DNA of 56,829 bases from positions 1 to 56,829 of the forward strand of contig NKIB01013464.1 of NCBI GenBank assembly GCA_002256025.1, in the 5' to 3' direction. The notes beneath the pieces were generated by a model. The model saw only the letters and a list, made by a program, of their open reading frames with translations. It searched no databases and had not been told where the DNA came from. The position numbers and the translations under genes are program-made. This DNA comes from Asterionella formosa (Eukaryota). Numbering within the stretch: the stretch's first letter is position 1; every line of letters begins with the position of its first letter. Of this stretch, positions 1-11,875 are shown piece after piece.

Positions 1-500
1 GTAGCAAAATTATTCGTGCCTGTCATCGTCAGGTTGGATGGAAATTGATTCGTAGCCATTCCTCGCATATCAAGAACCATAACATAAAAAAGAATTTTGT
101 TCTACATGCATACCGGGTTGTCTTGAAAAATATAGGTTAAAGATACGACAAAAAGGTGTTTCGGTACATTCCGGGGCTCTTTTTTATAGGGAGTTGCGGG
201 AAAAGATGGTCTTACCTTCACTCAGCCAGTATATAGTAGTAATTATTACGCAGCCATCAACCTCAAAAGGACGCCGAGCAAAGAACGCTTGTTGACAGGC
301 CTTTTTTCTGGCATGATGTGATGAAAATGAATAATAGTATGATTGCCGCCTCTGTTTTTTGTTCGATTGTTCCCATCAGTTGCTAGCTACCATTGTGCAC
401 CTTACATACTAGTGACATCTCTCACAATCCAGCGGACAGCGGAATAAAGTTTCCTATAAATACCTCGAAAGGAATCGATCTTAACGAAATAATGAAGAGA

Positions 501-2048
501 ATGGAAAAACCGAGAGGATGTGCACTCAAGTTTTCAACGCTGGCCCTTGTCGCCGTTGTACGTATTGATGGATTCAGCTCACCATCGTGTTCAAGAATAC
601 CTTGGCACATCTGCGCCGATTCAGTAGAAAGAACTCCTTTTATGTTACTGATGAGCTATGACGAAAGCAGTGATATGGATGCTCCAGTCGTCTCCTACCC
701 CGACGAACCAGAAGAAACGTACTTTTCCCCCAACGTCGCACTCGACCAATCTAGATATCGCTACGATCTCGACAATTACGACTCATCCACAAATCCTGAT
801 CCAAGCAACTCAGCTATTAACGAATATTCATTTTTCGATGAGGCTGTCATTTACGTCCGAGCCGGCTCTGGCGGACAGGGATCGTCCACGTTCCAAAAGG
901 GTAAGGGCGGCCAAGATGGAATTCCTGATGGAGGAAACGGCGGTCGAGGGGGTGATGTGGTCATGAAGCTGGATGATTCGCTCAATACACTAGCGGGTTT
1001 GACTCAAGCGTGGAGACCGAATTCGTTCGGCGGTTCCGGTGGAGCCTACAAAAATGCAAACGAAGAGGCCCGACCCATGTCATTCAAGGCATTTACTGGC
1101 TCAGACGGGGATCGGCAGTTCTGCAATGGAAAGTATGGAAAGGAAGTTATGATTCGAGTACCGCCGGGGACAGTGGTGCAAGAAGAGGTGGAATATACAA
1201 ATTTAGATGGGGAATTATCCACGTATCTACAAGATTTGGGAACCATCACATTGACTGAACCCGATTTAGTGGTAGCTCGGGGTGGTGATGGAGGAGAAGG
1301 TTCAGGAGTGAGTGGTAAGATTGCGGGTCGTGGTGTTCGACGCACGAGACTGCCACCTCAGGGAGGAGAACGCAAAAAACTCAAGTTGACATTAAAGATT
1401 GTCGCAGATGTCGCATTGGTGGGAGTCCCGAATGCCGGCAAATCCACCTTTTTGGCAGCTGTCACTAGAGCCAAGCCAAAGATCGCCAATTATCCATTCA
1501 CAACTGTCATTCCTAATCTTGGAGTATGGATCCCACCGGAAGCAGATTTTTCCACTGCTGGATTTGCTGGGAACGGTCATAAAACAATGGACGGCGCTGG
1601 ATCCGCTGGGTTAGTCCTTTGCGATGTTCCTGGGCTGGTGGCAGGAGCTGCCAATGGTGTAGGCCTTGGTCATGCTTTTCTTAGACATGTGGAGCGTTGT
1701 CATGTGATTCTGCACTTAGTTGACGCGACGTCGAACGATCCGATCGCCGACTTTGAAATGTTGAATCGCGAGCTTACCAAGTACGGGACTGGTCAACTTG
1801 CCAAGATGCCTCAAGTCGTTGTCATCAACAAGATTGATGCTTTTGAAGGTTTGGGGAACGAAGCTTGGGAGGAAGGCTTGAAAACGAGGTTTGACCAGGA
1901 AGCTTTGGAGAAACTCATGATAGATACCATGCCGCATTCTCGGCTCATGTGGATGAGTGCAAAGGAAAAAGACGGAGTTGATGACTTGATGCTTCGAATG
2001 GCAACCTTTGTAAAAAAGGTAAAAGAAACAAAAGAGAATGCGGTGTAA
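501..2048 (+). CDS. obgE: Obg/CgtA-family GTPase, probably plastid-targeted
   Basis: Gly-rich Obg fold (FFDEAVIYVRAGSGGQG...GGNGGRGGDV), G1 GVPNAGKST, KIANYPFTT, G3 DVPG and G4 NKID. The N-terminus has a hydrophobic signal-like stretch ending IDG-FSS. The ORF-track start at 393 is TTG; ATG 492 or 501 is more likely. Confidence 0.93.
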   Translation: MEKPRGCALKFSTLALVAVVRIDGFSSPSCSRIPWHICADSVERTPFMLLMSYDESSDMDAPVVSYPDEPEETYFSPNVALDQSRYRYDLDNYDSSTNPDPSNSAINEYSFFDEAVIYVRAGSGGQGSSTFQKGKGGQDGIPDGGNGGRGGDVVMKLDDSLNTLAGLTQAWRPNSFGGSGGAYKNANEEARPMSFKAFTGSDGDRQFCNGKYGKEVMIRVPPGTVVQEEVEYTNLDGELSTYLQDLGTITLTEPDLVVARGGDGGEGSGVSGKIAGRGVRRTRLPPQGGERKKLKLTLKIVADVALVGVPNAGKSTFLAAVTRAKPKIANYPFTTVIPNLGVWIPPEADFSTAGFAGNGHKTMDGAGSAGLVLCDVPGLVAGAANGVGLGHAFLRHVERCHVILHLVDATSNDPIADFEMLNRELTKYGTGQLAKMPQVVVINKIDAFEGLGNEAWEEGLKTRFDQEALEKLMIDTMPHSRLMWMSAKEKDGVDDLMLRMATFVKKVKETKENAV

Positions 2049-2110
2049 TGTGTAAACAATCACAACGAAAAAGGTAACAGCATGTACATCACGCCCTTCA
2101 AAATAATTTG

Positions 2111-2872
2111 CTAGCCTCCAACATGGACATTGCCCATGTCTCCTGCAAACGCATGTCGGACATCCAATACTTCACGAACCAACCAACATCCTAGCATAGG
2201 CGGGCGTCGTTGCTGTTCCAGTCTTATGACAAAATGAGTTTCGGGCGGTGTCCCAACTCCTGTTCTGCTCATGCCCGACATGTGCTGGACAGATAGAATC
2301 GGTGCTCCATGAATCACAACCGGAAATGACGCGAGAGCTCCTCGTAGCGGTGGCTTGGCTGGTGTGTACGTCATGTTGCCCATAGTCACACGGTAGGCCC
2401 CCATAAATGGTTGCAGGGCTGGAGAGAACATCCCATGCTGGATGAAGCGTTCGACCGTATCCCCGCCTTGACGAGCCGTGACTGCCTTTCGGCATTCCCA
2501 AGCGAAGAATGCAAAGCATCTTGTCAGTCCAGCTGATTCAGTGGGATAGTCTACGAATTGTAGGTTCCGAAGACAAGTAATAGCAACAGTCTCGGGGTCT
2601 AGGTTAGGATCAGGTGTCGTAGGTGCAGTACGCAGTGTAAATTCAGCCGTGACCCAGTCTGAGGTTTGAGTTCTGATGTCCTCCTCGTCTTCCCCTGGAT
2701 ATGCGTCATTATCATCGTGTAGTTTCAGCTTTGGTAAAATCCTTGCATGACCGAGAATCGAACATGTCGTTAAAGACTCTTCGTTGCGTACAAGAAATGA
2801 GGATACAGCGCTTCTTCTCAGCGAGCTGACCGTAAGGACGAGGAAAAGGAAGTTCTTCTGGGACGGTGACAT
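2111..2872 (-). CDS. Conserved hypothetical protein, probably plastid-targeted
   Basis: Intact 253-aa ORF. Signal-like N-terminus (FLFLVLTVSS...AVSS-FLV) followed by a globular region (PDPNLDPETVAITCLRNLQFVDYP...GCWLV). Family not confidently recognised. Confidence 0.75.
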   Translation of the reverse strand: MSPSQKNFLFLVLTVSSLRRSAVSSFLVRNEESLTTCSILGHARILPKLKLHDDNDAYPGEDEEDIRTQTSDWVTAEFTLRTAPTTPDPNLDPETVAITCLRNLQFVDYPTESAGLTRCFAFFAWECRKAVTARQGGDTVERFIQHGMFSPALQPFMGAYRVTMGNMTYTPAKPPLRGALASFPVVIHGAPILSVQHMSGMSRTGVGTPPETHFVIRLEQQRRPPMLGCWLVREVLDVRHAFAGDMGNVHVGG

Positions 2873-3550
2873 ACTGCTGTATCTAGAACGATTGATTCAG
2901 AGGAAAATCAGGTCCCAGGGCTAACACACACAAAGATCTCACGACAGATCAAAGGTTAACCACGCGAATGACGAGCGCGCAATCGCTTTCGTCTGGAACA
3001 TCATGATACATGATGATTGTTAATTAATCAAACAGAATTTACGTACAAAATAGATTTGTATTTTATGTACGTATAATGCTGAAAAACCGCGTTGCTTAGT
3101 ATTTTACAGTATAAAAAAGGAGTACTCTAGGTAATTTCAGAAAATATTTTTGCACTGAATGATATTTATGGACAGTCCAGAAAATCTGCTTGGACATGTT
3201 TACGTGGGTTAATTCTTGTACCGGTACTCCGAGTCCATGAAATGTGTCATGGGGGATATATACTAGCTGGTACTGTAGATGACCTATTTTGCGGCATCAT
3301 CGTTTGCCGGAATAACGGTACCGTTACCGCTAGTTCAAACCAAGAATCTATGTATGCAAGCAAATAGGTATGAATATATCATAACGGGAATATCATCAAT
3401 TTTCTCTGTTGTTCCACCACCGCCACTTACATATATTTTCTATTTTGCATGATGAATCGTTCTTTGCGTGGTCAATGATTAATTATGCCTCGAAAACGAC
3501 CGCTTTCTCGATTTATCAGTTTTTATCAAATCAGTTTATCCCACAAAACA

Positions 3551-4274
3551 ATGCATTTTGAAAAACCCACGTCGATAGATGGCACTTCTCCCACCAGCTT
3601 ATCCTCTTGGGGGCAATCTGTTCCACGGACGATCAGCGGTACTCCCACTGAACTCCGACCACAAGCCAAGCGTCGCAAGATGTCTCATCATGCTCTGCCA
3701 CTCAACACAGCAACACCCTTCTGGAGAGCAATGACGACGCAAGGAGGAGTAGTTTCTCCTGTTTCAGACATGGATATGATGGTGTTGGAAACACAACCAA
3801 CTGAGCTACAACGAGTAGGCTCCGATGTAGTCAAGGTAAGGGATTGTGTTTGAATGATTTGCAGTTTACCGAAACTATGGTCTTGTGTAGTTGATGAAAC
3901 TCACAACATTGCTTTATTTCTCATTAATAGAATATGCCGTTTGAGAATCGAACCTTTCGTGCAGTGTTAGACGAATGCGAACATCGGGGAGTCCCGATTA
4001 CACGAACTACAAAGGCTGAACTCTTGCGTAAGGTATCAAACTATTGGAGCTAAATCGATCAGACGGAGAATTTAGAGTGACGAACTTTTTCATTTTGGTT
4101 CATCCAAAGAATATGGATAACTTTGGAGAAGCTGATGAACTTTCCAACTGTTCAGTCGCCACAATATACCATCCTGTGGGGATCAGTTCCAGCGGTTGTG
4201 TTTCGGGAATGGTGTTGGGGTCGCTAGCAAATTGCACACCTGAACACCATTATGAGAGATGTTTCTCCAGCTAG
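3551..4274 (+). CDS. Hypothetical protein, 3 exons, possible SAP-like motif and NLS
   Basis: Exons 3551-3835, 3931-4032 and 4110-4274 join in frame across GT..AG introns (all phase 0), giving 183 aa. Contains KRRK (NLS-like) and TFRAVLDECEHRGVPITRTTKAELLRK (SAP-like). Confidence 0.6.
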
Positions 4275-4616
4275 GATGTACGGCAATCCTAATTATTGAG
4301 ATTGATTTTTCTAATCATTAACTCTTCAATCTCGAAAGTAAGAGACTACCGGTAGTAGACTTCATTGATTTCAAATTTTACTTTGTTGCCACCCTCGTGC
4401 GTGCAGCAGCAAGAACAACGATCAATGCATGCAGTGTGTAGCATCAACCGTCTGTCTGCCTTTACGATATAATTCATTTACGTTCCTGCAGCCTTTTAGT
4501 ATTGAATCTACGTGAACAATTGCCTAGCAGAGGAGCTAAAATAGATTTCATCGTTCGTCGCCGACATTTGCAGATTGTCAGCGACGATTCTATAATTGTT
4601 TCAACTGCCGTTGACC

Positions 4617-5298
4617 ATGAACAACACATCTTTGACCGCTCGCCGAGTGGTGCGTGGCCTTGGGCACCGCAGTATTGATTGGTGAGTATTACGCTCCGAA
4701 GGAATGGTCGAATGGATACAATAAGAAGCAAACAACAGAGGATATTTGCTGCTGATTATTTCGCTATTTATTTAGCTCCGTGTTGCCATACATATATATC
4801 AAATTAATCTTGTTTGTTAACATTTTTTGTTTCTCCGCGTGTAGGAATGCTCCGTTCTTCAAGAGTGCTTCTCCAGAACTCAATGCAGCCGTCATGAACT
4901 TCCGTGGCTGGGCTGCGAATGCGGAAAGCTTGGCTTTGAAGTATTCGTTGCCTCCATCGCCCATCGATTTTGCAACTGTGAAGTCACAAGTCAGGGATAA
5001 GGAACTTGTTGAAGCCATAGAGAAGTTCTACACCACTGCCAAGGCTCCCCCAGAGCTTGTTGAATGGACGGACGAGGAAAAGGCAATGTGCCAAATGAAG
5101 ATTGATGAAGCTAGAGCTGATGTTGCTTTGTACGATGAGTTGATTGCTGATACTGAAAGGGAAATTCAATACTTGAAAGATAACTTTACCACATTGGAAA
5201 CTTCGGGAGAAGAAATCCTCCTCATGGATCCTGATCTTGCGAAGGAAATCGACGACGAAGTTGAGGCTCGTGCATGGTTCAAAGATGTTGTGGACTAG
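4617..5298 (+). CDS. ATP5H: Mitochondrial ATP synthase subunit d
   Basis: Exons 4617-4681 and 4845-5298 (intron GTGAGT..GTAG) give MNNTSLTARRVVRGLGHRSIDWNAPFF..., 172 aa. The IDW and PSPIDFATVKSQV...LVEAIEKFY segments are typical of subunit d. Confidence 0.85.
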
Positions 5299-6096
5299 AT
5301 TGCGAATCTACAAGTTATGAATTGGAGGACAGCAGCTTCCGATGCTCCTGTTGCTTTCTATTGCTAATTCTAGCAAAAAATGTTACTAGAGAGTCTTTCT
5401 TAGAGTAGTTCGCAGTGAACGTGCTAATTTTTTATATTTTCCAAATATCTGTTCCTTGTTGAGAGTTCCCATGAACACGTAATATGAATAGAAAGTGCAT
5501 TGTCCTTTGAAATAATTGAGGGACAAAACGCAAAATCATGATACTTTTGTTTGCATTAAGTCTAGTGAATCATAAATAGAGGTAGAGTTAATATTTGGTT
5601 GAGGTGGCTGGTATTTTGGAAATTCAAGGGAACAATTGCAGTAATGATAAACAGAATCCATGGTGAAGGGGAATTTTTCTAATATATAGTGGCATATGCC
5701 ATGCCATGGCACTGTGTCATTCATGAATAATCAGGAGACAAAGCAAGATTCGAATGGTCTCCATCCAGAATGTTTTCAACTTCCTAGAATCTTGTCTGTG
5801 ACTTTTTAAAGTCATGTTGCTTATGGTAAAGAAAGATGTATTTACTTGTCTATTTGCTAAATTTGAATCTTTTATAACCATTGTATTAGTTAATCACAAG
5901 AAATGATAATTGGACTATTCTGTCTCACTATCATCCAGGGAGGAAAAGGCAACCAGGTGTCCTGGCCGTATTCCTCTCACTGATCATTGTTTGCACAAAG
6001 CACAGCATGCGTCATGATTCTTTGATGATGATGTCATCATGATGCTTCCATCATCCTCATGCCGATCATGGAATTTGATTTGTGAGGATCATGGTC

Positions 6097-6215
6097 TACC
6101 GGTACCGGTACCTGGTACCGAAACCTGGTACTACCTGGTATCATCAGGTACCAGGTAGCAGGCTCGTAGTGATGAAGCGAAGAGTCGTACCAGGTACCTG
6201 GTACCGATACCGGTA
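6097..6215. repeat. Palindromic (GGTACC[W])n / TACCGGTA cluster upstream of HADH
   Basis: TACCGGTACCGGTACCTGGTACCG...ACCTGGTACTACCTGGTA...GGTACCAGGTA...GTACCAGGTACCTGGTACCGATACCGGTA. Confidence 0.85.
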
Positions 6216-6547
6216 GGTAAACGATATCATATGATGGATTTATGTACCGATAGGCAGACTTTGGAACAGGCAGTATTTTAATATGTAAGATATACCAGCA
6301 CATATTATACGAAGCGCGTCATCGTACAAACTGACACCCATCACACCAATGGATCGCTCCATTTTACCAACAGCGCATGTCGGTTCTTTTATGTATGATG
6401 ATTGTTCTTTCTATTTGTTTATCTTATAGTTCATGGCTTTATCGGTATACCAGGGAGTCTACCGGTATATCAGAATCACCAATCGGCTGCTCACAAGAAA
6501 GGACAATTCATCGCACTGTTTGTGAAGAAATTGCGAGTAACTAAGCG

Positions 6548-7689
6548 ATGATGTTTTGCAAAGCCGGTACTTCCAGTCTTGGACAGTTGGCCCGATCAAA
6601 GGTGAGTATCAATGTATGATGAGAAGGATAGAGGATATATGCGGATGGCGCAAGCTAACCTACAATGCCGTCAAAACAACGCTTCACAGAGTGCTTGGAA
6701 AGTCGTGGGAGGGTTGCGATGCATGTCGTCTGGATCCAATTTCCACACTATGGGGGTGATTGGTCTCGGTTTGATGGGACATGGAATTTGTCAAGTCGCC
6801 GCAGCCTCCGGGATTCATAAGGCAGTAGTTGCCTTTGAACAAGAGCAGGTGTACTTGGATCGTGGCAAGGATCGCATCGAGAAAAGTATCGCCAAGCTAG
6901 TTGCCAAAGATAAAATGACTCAGGAGGCAGCAGATGCCACCTTGGGACAAATCTTATGGACGACGGATATGCAGGACTTGGCTCAGACTGACTTCATTGT
7001 TGAAGCAGTCATCGAGAACATGGACCTGAAACGGGATCTGTATACCAATCTTGGTAAAATCTGCAAACCGGAAACAATCTTCGCATCCAACACATCATCA
7101 TTAACCATTACCGAAATGGCTCAATTTTCTGGTCGACCAAAGAATTTTGTCGGCGTTCACTTTTTCAACCCAGTGCAAATCATGAAGTTAGTGGAAGTCA
7201 TTTCAACTAAACAGACGGACCCAGGAGTCTTTGAAAGGGCCTACAGTTGGGTCCATGAGATTGGAAAAGTTCCAGTTTCTTGTGGTGATACTCCTGGTTT
7301 TATTGTCAATCGATTGCTGGTACCAGCCTTGATGCAAGCCATGCTGATGGTGGATCGCTCAGATGCATCCATTAAAGACATTGACCTTTCGCTACAGCTT
7401 GGAGCGGGTCATCCCATGGGACCATTGCACTTGTCTGACTACATAGGACTAGACACATGTCTTTACATTGTACAAGGCTGGACGGAAAAGTAAGTTGCAT
7501 GCCATTCGGTTGGTCTTTCTGCTGTGTTCCCCCTCTCACACATTTTGTCCTCATAGGTACCCAGATGAGCCTGCTTTCATGATCCCTAAGGTGTTGAAAG
7601 AAATGGTAGAGAGAGGTGATCTTGGCCGAAAATCAGGGAAGGGTTTCTATCATTGGGATGGTGACAAGAGGGGTGATCCAGTTGCTTAA
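6548..7689 (+). CDS. HADH: 3-hydroxyacyl-CoA dehydrogenase, mitochondrial (short-chain)
   Basis: Exons 6548-6601, 6690-7489 and 7557-7689 give 328 aa. Motifs: GLGLMGHG Rossmann fold, EAVIEN, ASNTSSL, GVHFFNPV, PGFIVNRL, PMGP, GLDT, GRKSGKGFY. Basic, acid-free presequence. Confidence 0.95.
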
Positions 7690-7980
7690 AACAATGTGTT
7701 TGTGTTGCAAACCCTACTAGCAGTTTGGCATGGGTGTCTACCTGGACTCGTAATTTATGGAGATAATGACATCTAGATGCAAAATAACGGATTCTAGCTT
7801 TGTTACATTGGTCAATGAGATCCTCCAGTTTGCTACACTTTGTCTAATGCCTCATAGGTGCTTGCGAGAGACAGTATTTCCATGGTATTCAACACATGGT
7901 CGGGCGAGCCAGTGCAAAAACCAATGACAAAAAGTGTATGATAAGCAGGGAATATTGATACAAGACCTTCAATTTCTTGC

Positions 7981-8835
7981 TTAAAAGGCGTTGTCCTTAA
8001 GGGCAGACATCAAATTCTCAATACCTCCCTGGTGAGTCGAGCAGCCCTGAACAAGGAGACCGGCAGCAGCAAACATAGCAAGACGTCCGTTGGCAACTTC
8101 TTGAGCCTGAAGACGAGCAAGCGATGCAGGGGTTCCCTTTGCGAATCCAAGAGGATCCAACCCAAAGTCACCAGGGGCACGGACACCAAGTTCACGTCCA
8201 GTGGTGGCAGCAATTCCTCCAACCATTTCAGTAATCATGATCATGATGAGAGCAAAAGCAATGTATTGTGGGTGAGCACCCCAAAGCTGCCAGAAAGCAT
8301 CCATCTGGCACTTTGCAGTAGCCATTTCGCATCCAGGGGCAGGTCCGAAAAGCTCAACCTGGACAATTCCGGCAACGGCAAGCATGGCAACACGGCAATG
8401 CTTGATCTCGGCCTCACGAAGCCAGTAAAGATCAATTCCAACTTCGTCAATGTTGGAAAGACCAAGAGGGTCGAAACCAACGTCACCGGCCATGGATCCA
8501 TCAAGCTATAATTCGTCGGAAAGAAAGACACAGTGAGATATTTTTTCGGCAGGTACTTCCCCTAATATCTCAAAAATGGAATCTTCGTTGATAAATCTAC
8601 AAATAGCTCGTAATAATCGCTAACGGTAACAAGGAAGAATCCAGTTCCGAGGTCTATCAAGATTCCTTTAGAAGCCAAAGCGAGAACTTACGAGAGGAGG
8701 TCGGTTCATGAAGGGAAGGGCCTTGCTCTTCTCGGCGTTCAAAGCGACATTGCGGTTGGATCCCTGAGAGGCAGGGGCGAACGCAGAGACAGATCCTACA
8801 AGGAGAGCACAAGCAAAGGCGGCAATTTTCACCAT
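7981..8835 (-). CDS. Light-harvesting fucoxanthin-chlorophyll a/c protein, Lhcr-like
   Basis: Exons 8835-8692 and 8505-7981 give 222 aa. Signal peptide plus VSA-FAP, then [39 protein letters not shown] and EVANGRLAM. Confidence 0.96.
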
Positions 8836-9192
8836 TTTGACGAGTTGAGCGAACGGAAAGTGACGTGGGAGGAAACGCTTTTTTGAGTTGGGTCCAGAAA
8901 AGATCGGCAAGTAACCCTGTTCAACATAAGATTGACTAATCTGACTAAAAAGAATTTGCCGTCCGCCCTGCTCGGGTCGTCGCTCGTTTCGATAAAATTC
9001 GCATCAAACAGATATCGGAATGGCAAAACGACACATGTTCCTTGGCACGATGATGAATCTACAAGGAAGTCTACCGATGCTGTATTGATGGCCAAATCAT
9101 TGGACATTGCTCATCAAAACTCGACTACCGGATTTAATGGTAGAATAAATATATAACTCATCCTAGGCCACTCCCTACAAAGCTGTTAATAC

Positions 9193-10674
9193 TTAAAAAT
9201 CCCCAGTCACCGCTGCATGTATTTCCTTCTCATCGCGTTGTGCTTTGCGCAAATCTTTCCACATGGGCTCCAAAAATTCTCGCTGAAATGGTTCAAAATA
9301 CGGTCGAAGTGAGGTCTTTTTCCAATCTTGAGCAACCTCTGGCCCTTGGTAATCATCCAATTCTTGCATCAATTGAGGGAGCGTCGGCACCGCGAATGGA
9401 TCAAAGCGATCGACATCTTGAACACGCATAGGAACGCAAACGCGACCTGTCTTGGGATGGACGCAAAAAGGAGACTTGAGCAAATGGTTTTGCATTTTTG
9501 AGACATTGATATCCAATCTGGGATAAGTGTAACGAAAGACAATTTCCACTGGCCATGACTCCAACTTGTGACGGTCTTCCCATGATAACTTGGTGGGAGA
9601 TTTGCCTCCTCCAATGGCCTTTTTGTAAAAAATCTCAAGGTGTTTCTTGACTTCGTCCCACTTTTCCGCTGGAGCAGATGTGGACTTTTTCCATTTGGAC
9701 ATGAGGTTTTGTTTAACAGGGTCAGCTGCGTCGGGGAGAGTTTTGAGAAGGGTTGTCCAATGTTCTTCCGTAGATAGCAGGGAATGACCAGAAGACGTAA
9801 TCACATCATTGATAAACATCGGCTCTAGGACTTTAAACGCCCGCTTGATCATAGGATGAAGGGGGTATTTTAGGTCAATTTTTTGGTTCTTTTCGGTTCC
9901 TAGGTTGATCTGTGGTACAGTATTGATTAGGAGATAAAAGGCAAGGTTAGACAAATTGACTTGAAAACATATAACCACAATTCAAGAGTCCCATCGCCAC
10001 AAGCATCGTACCTCAAAATAACTGGCGACAGCACTTCGCGCTTCATTGGACAGGTCTCTCGCCGTTTTGTCACAGACCCAGGCATGCACTCCACGACGTC
10101 CGGAATAAAACCAAGCAATATGCTGAAAACCAAAGTCTTCTCTCAACCCCTCTTCCATAATTTTGACCGCCATGGTCATGAATTTCCAGCACTTGGTGCA
10201 GATGTTTGCCCCTGAACATCCGCAGTTCCGAACGTTGTCATAGTCCGTCAAATCAATATCAAAAACAAGTTCACGTTGTTGTGGTTGAAATAACCCTGAC
10301 TGAACCGACTTGTGATCCTTGGGAGGATGAGAAAAGACTGCACCGATGTCAATCTTGACAGGTTTACGATCGAGAATGGCCTTTTTGAACTCTTGTTCTG
10401 AACTAAAGGACTGATACCGAATATAGATTTCTTCGGTATCAATCATAATGGTGAAGGAGAACTCCCGTTTTGAAAATAGCTTGGATGTTTTCCCGGTGTT
10501 GGCGGGATCGTAGCAAAGCCACTGATGCATGAAATGATACGGAAACAGGCGTTGATAGTACATGTGCAGGAGTTCTGGAGTGAAGACGACCAAGCTCGGC
10601 TTGACGAGTTTGCAGGGTTGTGCGAGAACCACAGCTTCATCGACTTGCATAGCTTCATTTGTGGCTGGAGGCAT
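9193..10674 (-). CDS. PRIM1: DNA primase small (catalytic) subunit
   Basis: Exons 10674-10012 and 9909-9193 give 459 aa. Motifs: REFSF, KIDIGAVF, ELVFDIDLTDYD, CSGANICTKCW, SGRRGVHAWV, YPRLDINVS, HLLKSPFCVHPKTG. Confidence 0.97.
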
Positions 10675-11875
10675 TATGGAATTAAAGGTACGAACTTTGT
10701 TCAATGTGTGAAACAAAGGTGAAGGAAGAAACAACGATTGGAATAATGGTGTTTTGTTGTTGTTGTGAACCAAGTTTTTGTTTCGTCATTTCCTTTGATT
10801 TCGAAGGAGCGAAGGGGTTGAAATATGGCGCGCCTCGCTTGTCCATCGTTACATTTCACTCATATGCAATAGGAAACGAAGCTTTTCAAGTTTGCATAGT
10901 AGTTGAAACACAGGAGGATTCTTGATTCCCGATTCCCGATTAGGTCTCCACTTTAATGTGTAGACAACATTTCCCTACTACTGTACTGGTAAATAGGTTC
11001 ATTGTGTTGGATGGAACAATGCACAATTATGTACCAAAATTAATAACCTTCAGACATTTGATAAAGAAAAATGTCAAAGGGCGAACTCTATGCAGGAAAG
11101 AGAGTATACTGATAGTAAATCTCAAATGTTGAAAGGTTTCCCCTATGTTTACCAAACCTTGAACTGAGAGTGATTGGAGAGACTAATCAGTTTTTCCCAA
11201 AGGATTGAGAAGCAATCAAATCGTCCTATTGAATCTACCTGAAAGAAGTATTCAGTCAAGGAACATCTATGTCCTAGAACCTATCTAGTCTATACGGATA
11301 TATATGTTGCAAGCAAAAGGGATGTCATCTATGTACTTCACTACACCTGTAGAAACTAATAAGAACCTCGCCTCCAAGGAACAAAGAACAATTCATTTCA
11401 GAAACATGTTGGAGATGCCATGCTTCAATCGAACTACATTTCAAAATTACATTTAATTTAAGCTCACCACTCTTTTAGAAAACACAAAAGTGAAACTAAG
11501 ATTGTCAACAGAATATTACATCGTAAATTGTACTCCGTACTGATACTTCTCACCAAGTTGTATTTTCTTAACTATACCGGTAGTCTACTACCGGAAGTAA
11601 ATGAGTTGTGGAATACTGGTTACTTCATGCATTCAGTACTGGTATACTTTTTAGTTTGAATACTGGTACTCGTATACCATTCACTGTGGTACTAATACCG
11701 AGATGAGATCGAAGGTAGACTATAACAAAGTTCAGGATCACCAACACTATATTGTTCAGCTCATCTGGTGTATTGAGAAGGCAGCAAGTTTCTATTATGT
11801 AAATGAGGGAGCAATTTCCTTTACAATACTTCTAACAACACTATGAAAAGGTGCCGCACTCTGATTGGATTTAAT

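Noticed and set aside
1..80. Minus-strand open frame from ATG 80 running off the window start
   Set aside because: Only 26 codons are visible with no motif, so it cannot be supported.
6037..6303. Short ORFs with VPGTWY / YQVPVP peptides (also near 35.7-36.3 kb and 47.5-48.0 kb)
   Set aside because: These are translations of the GGTACC palindromic clusters, not genes.
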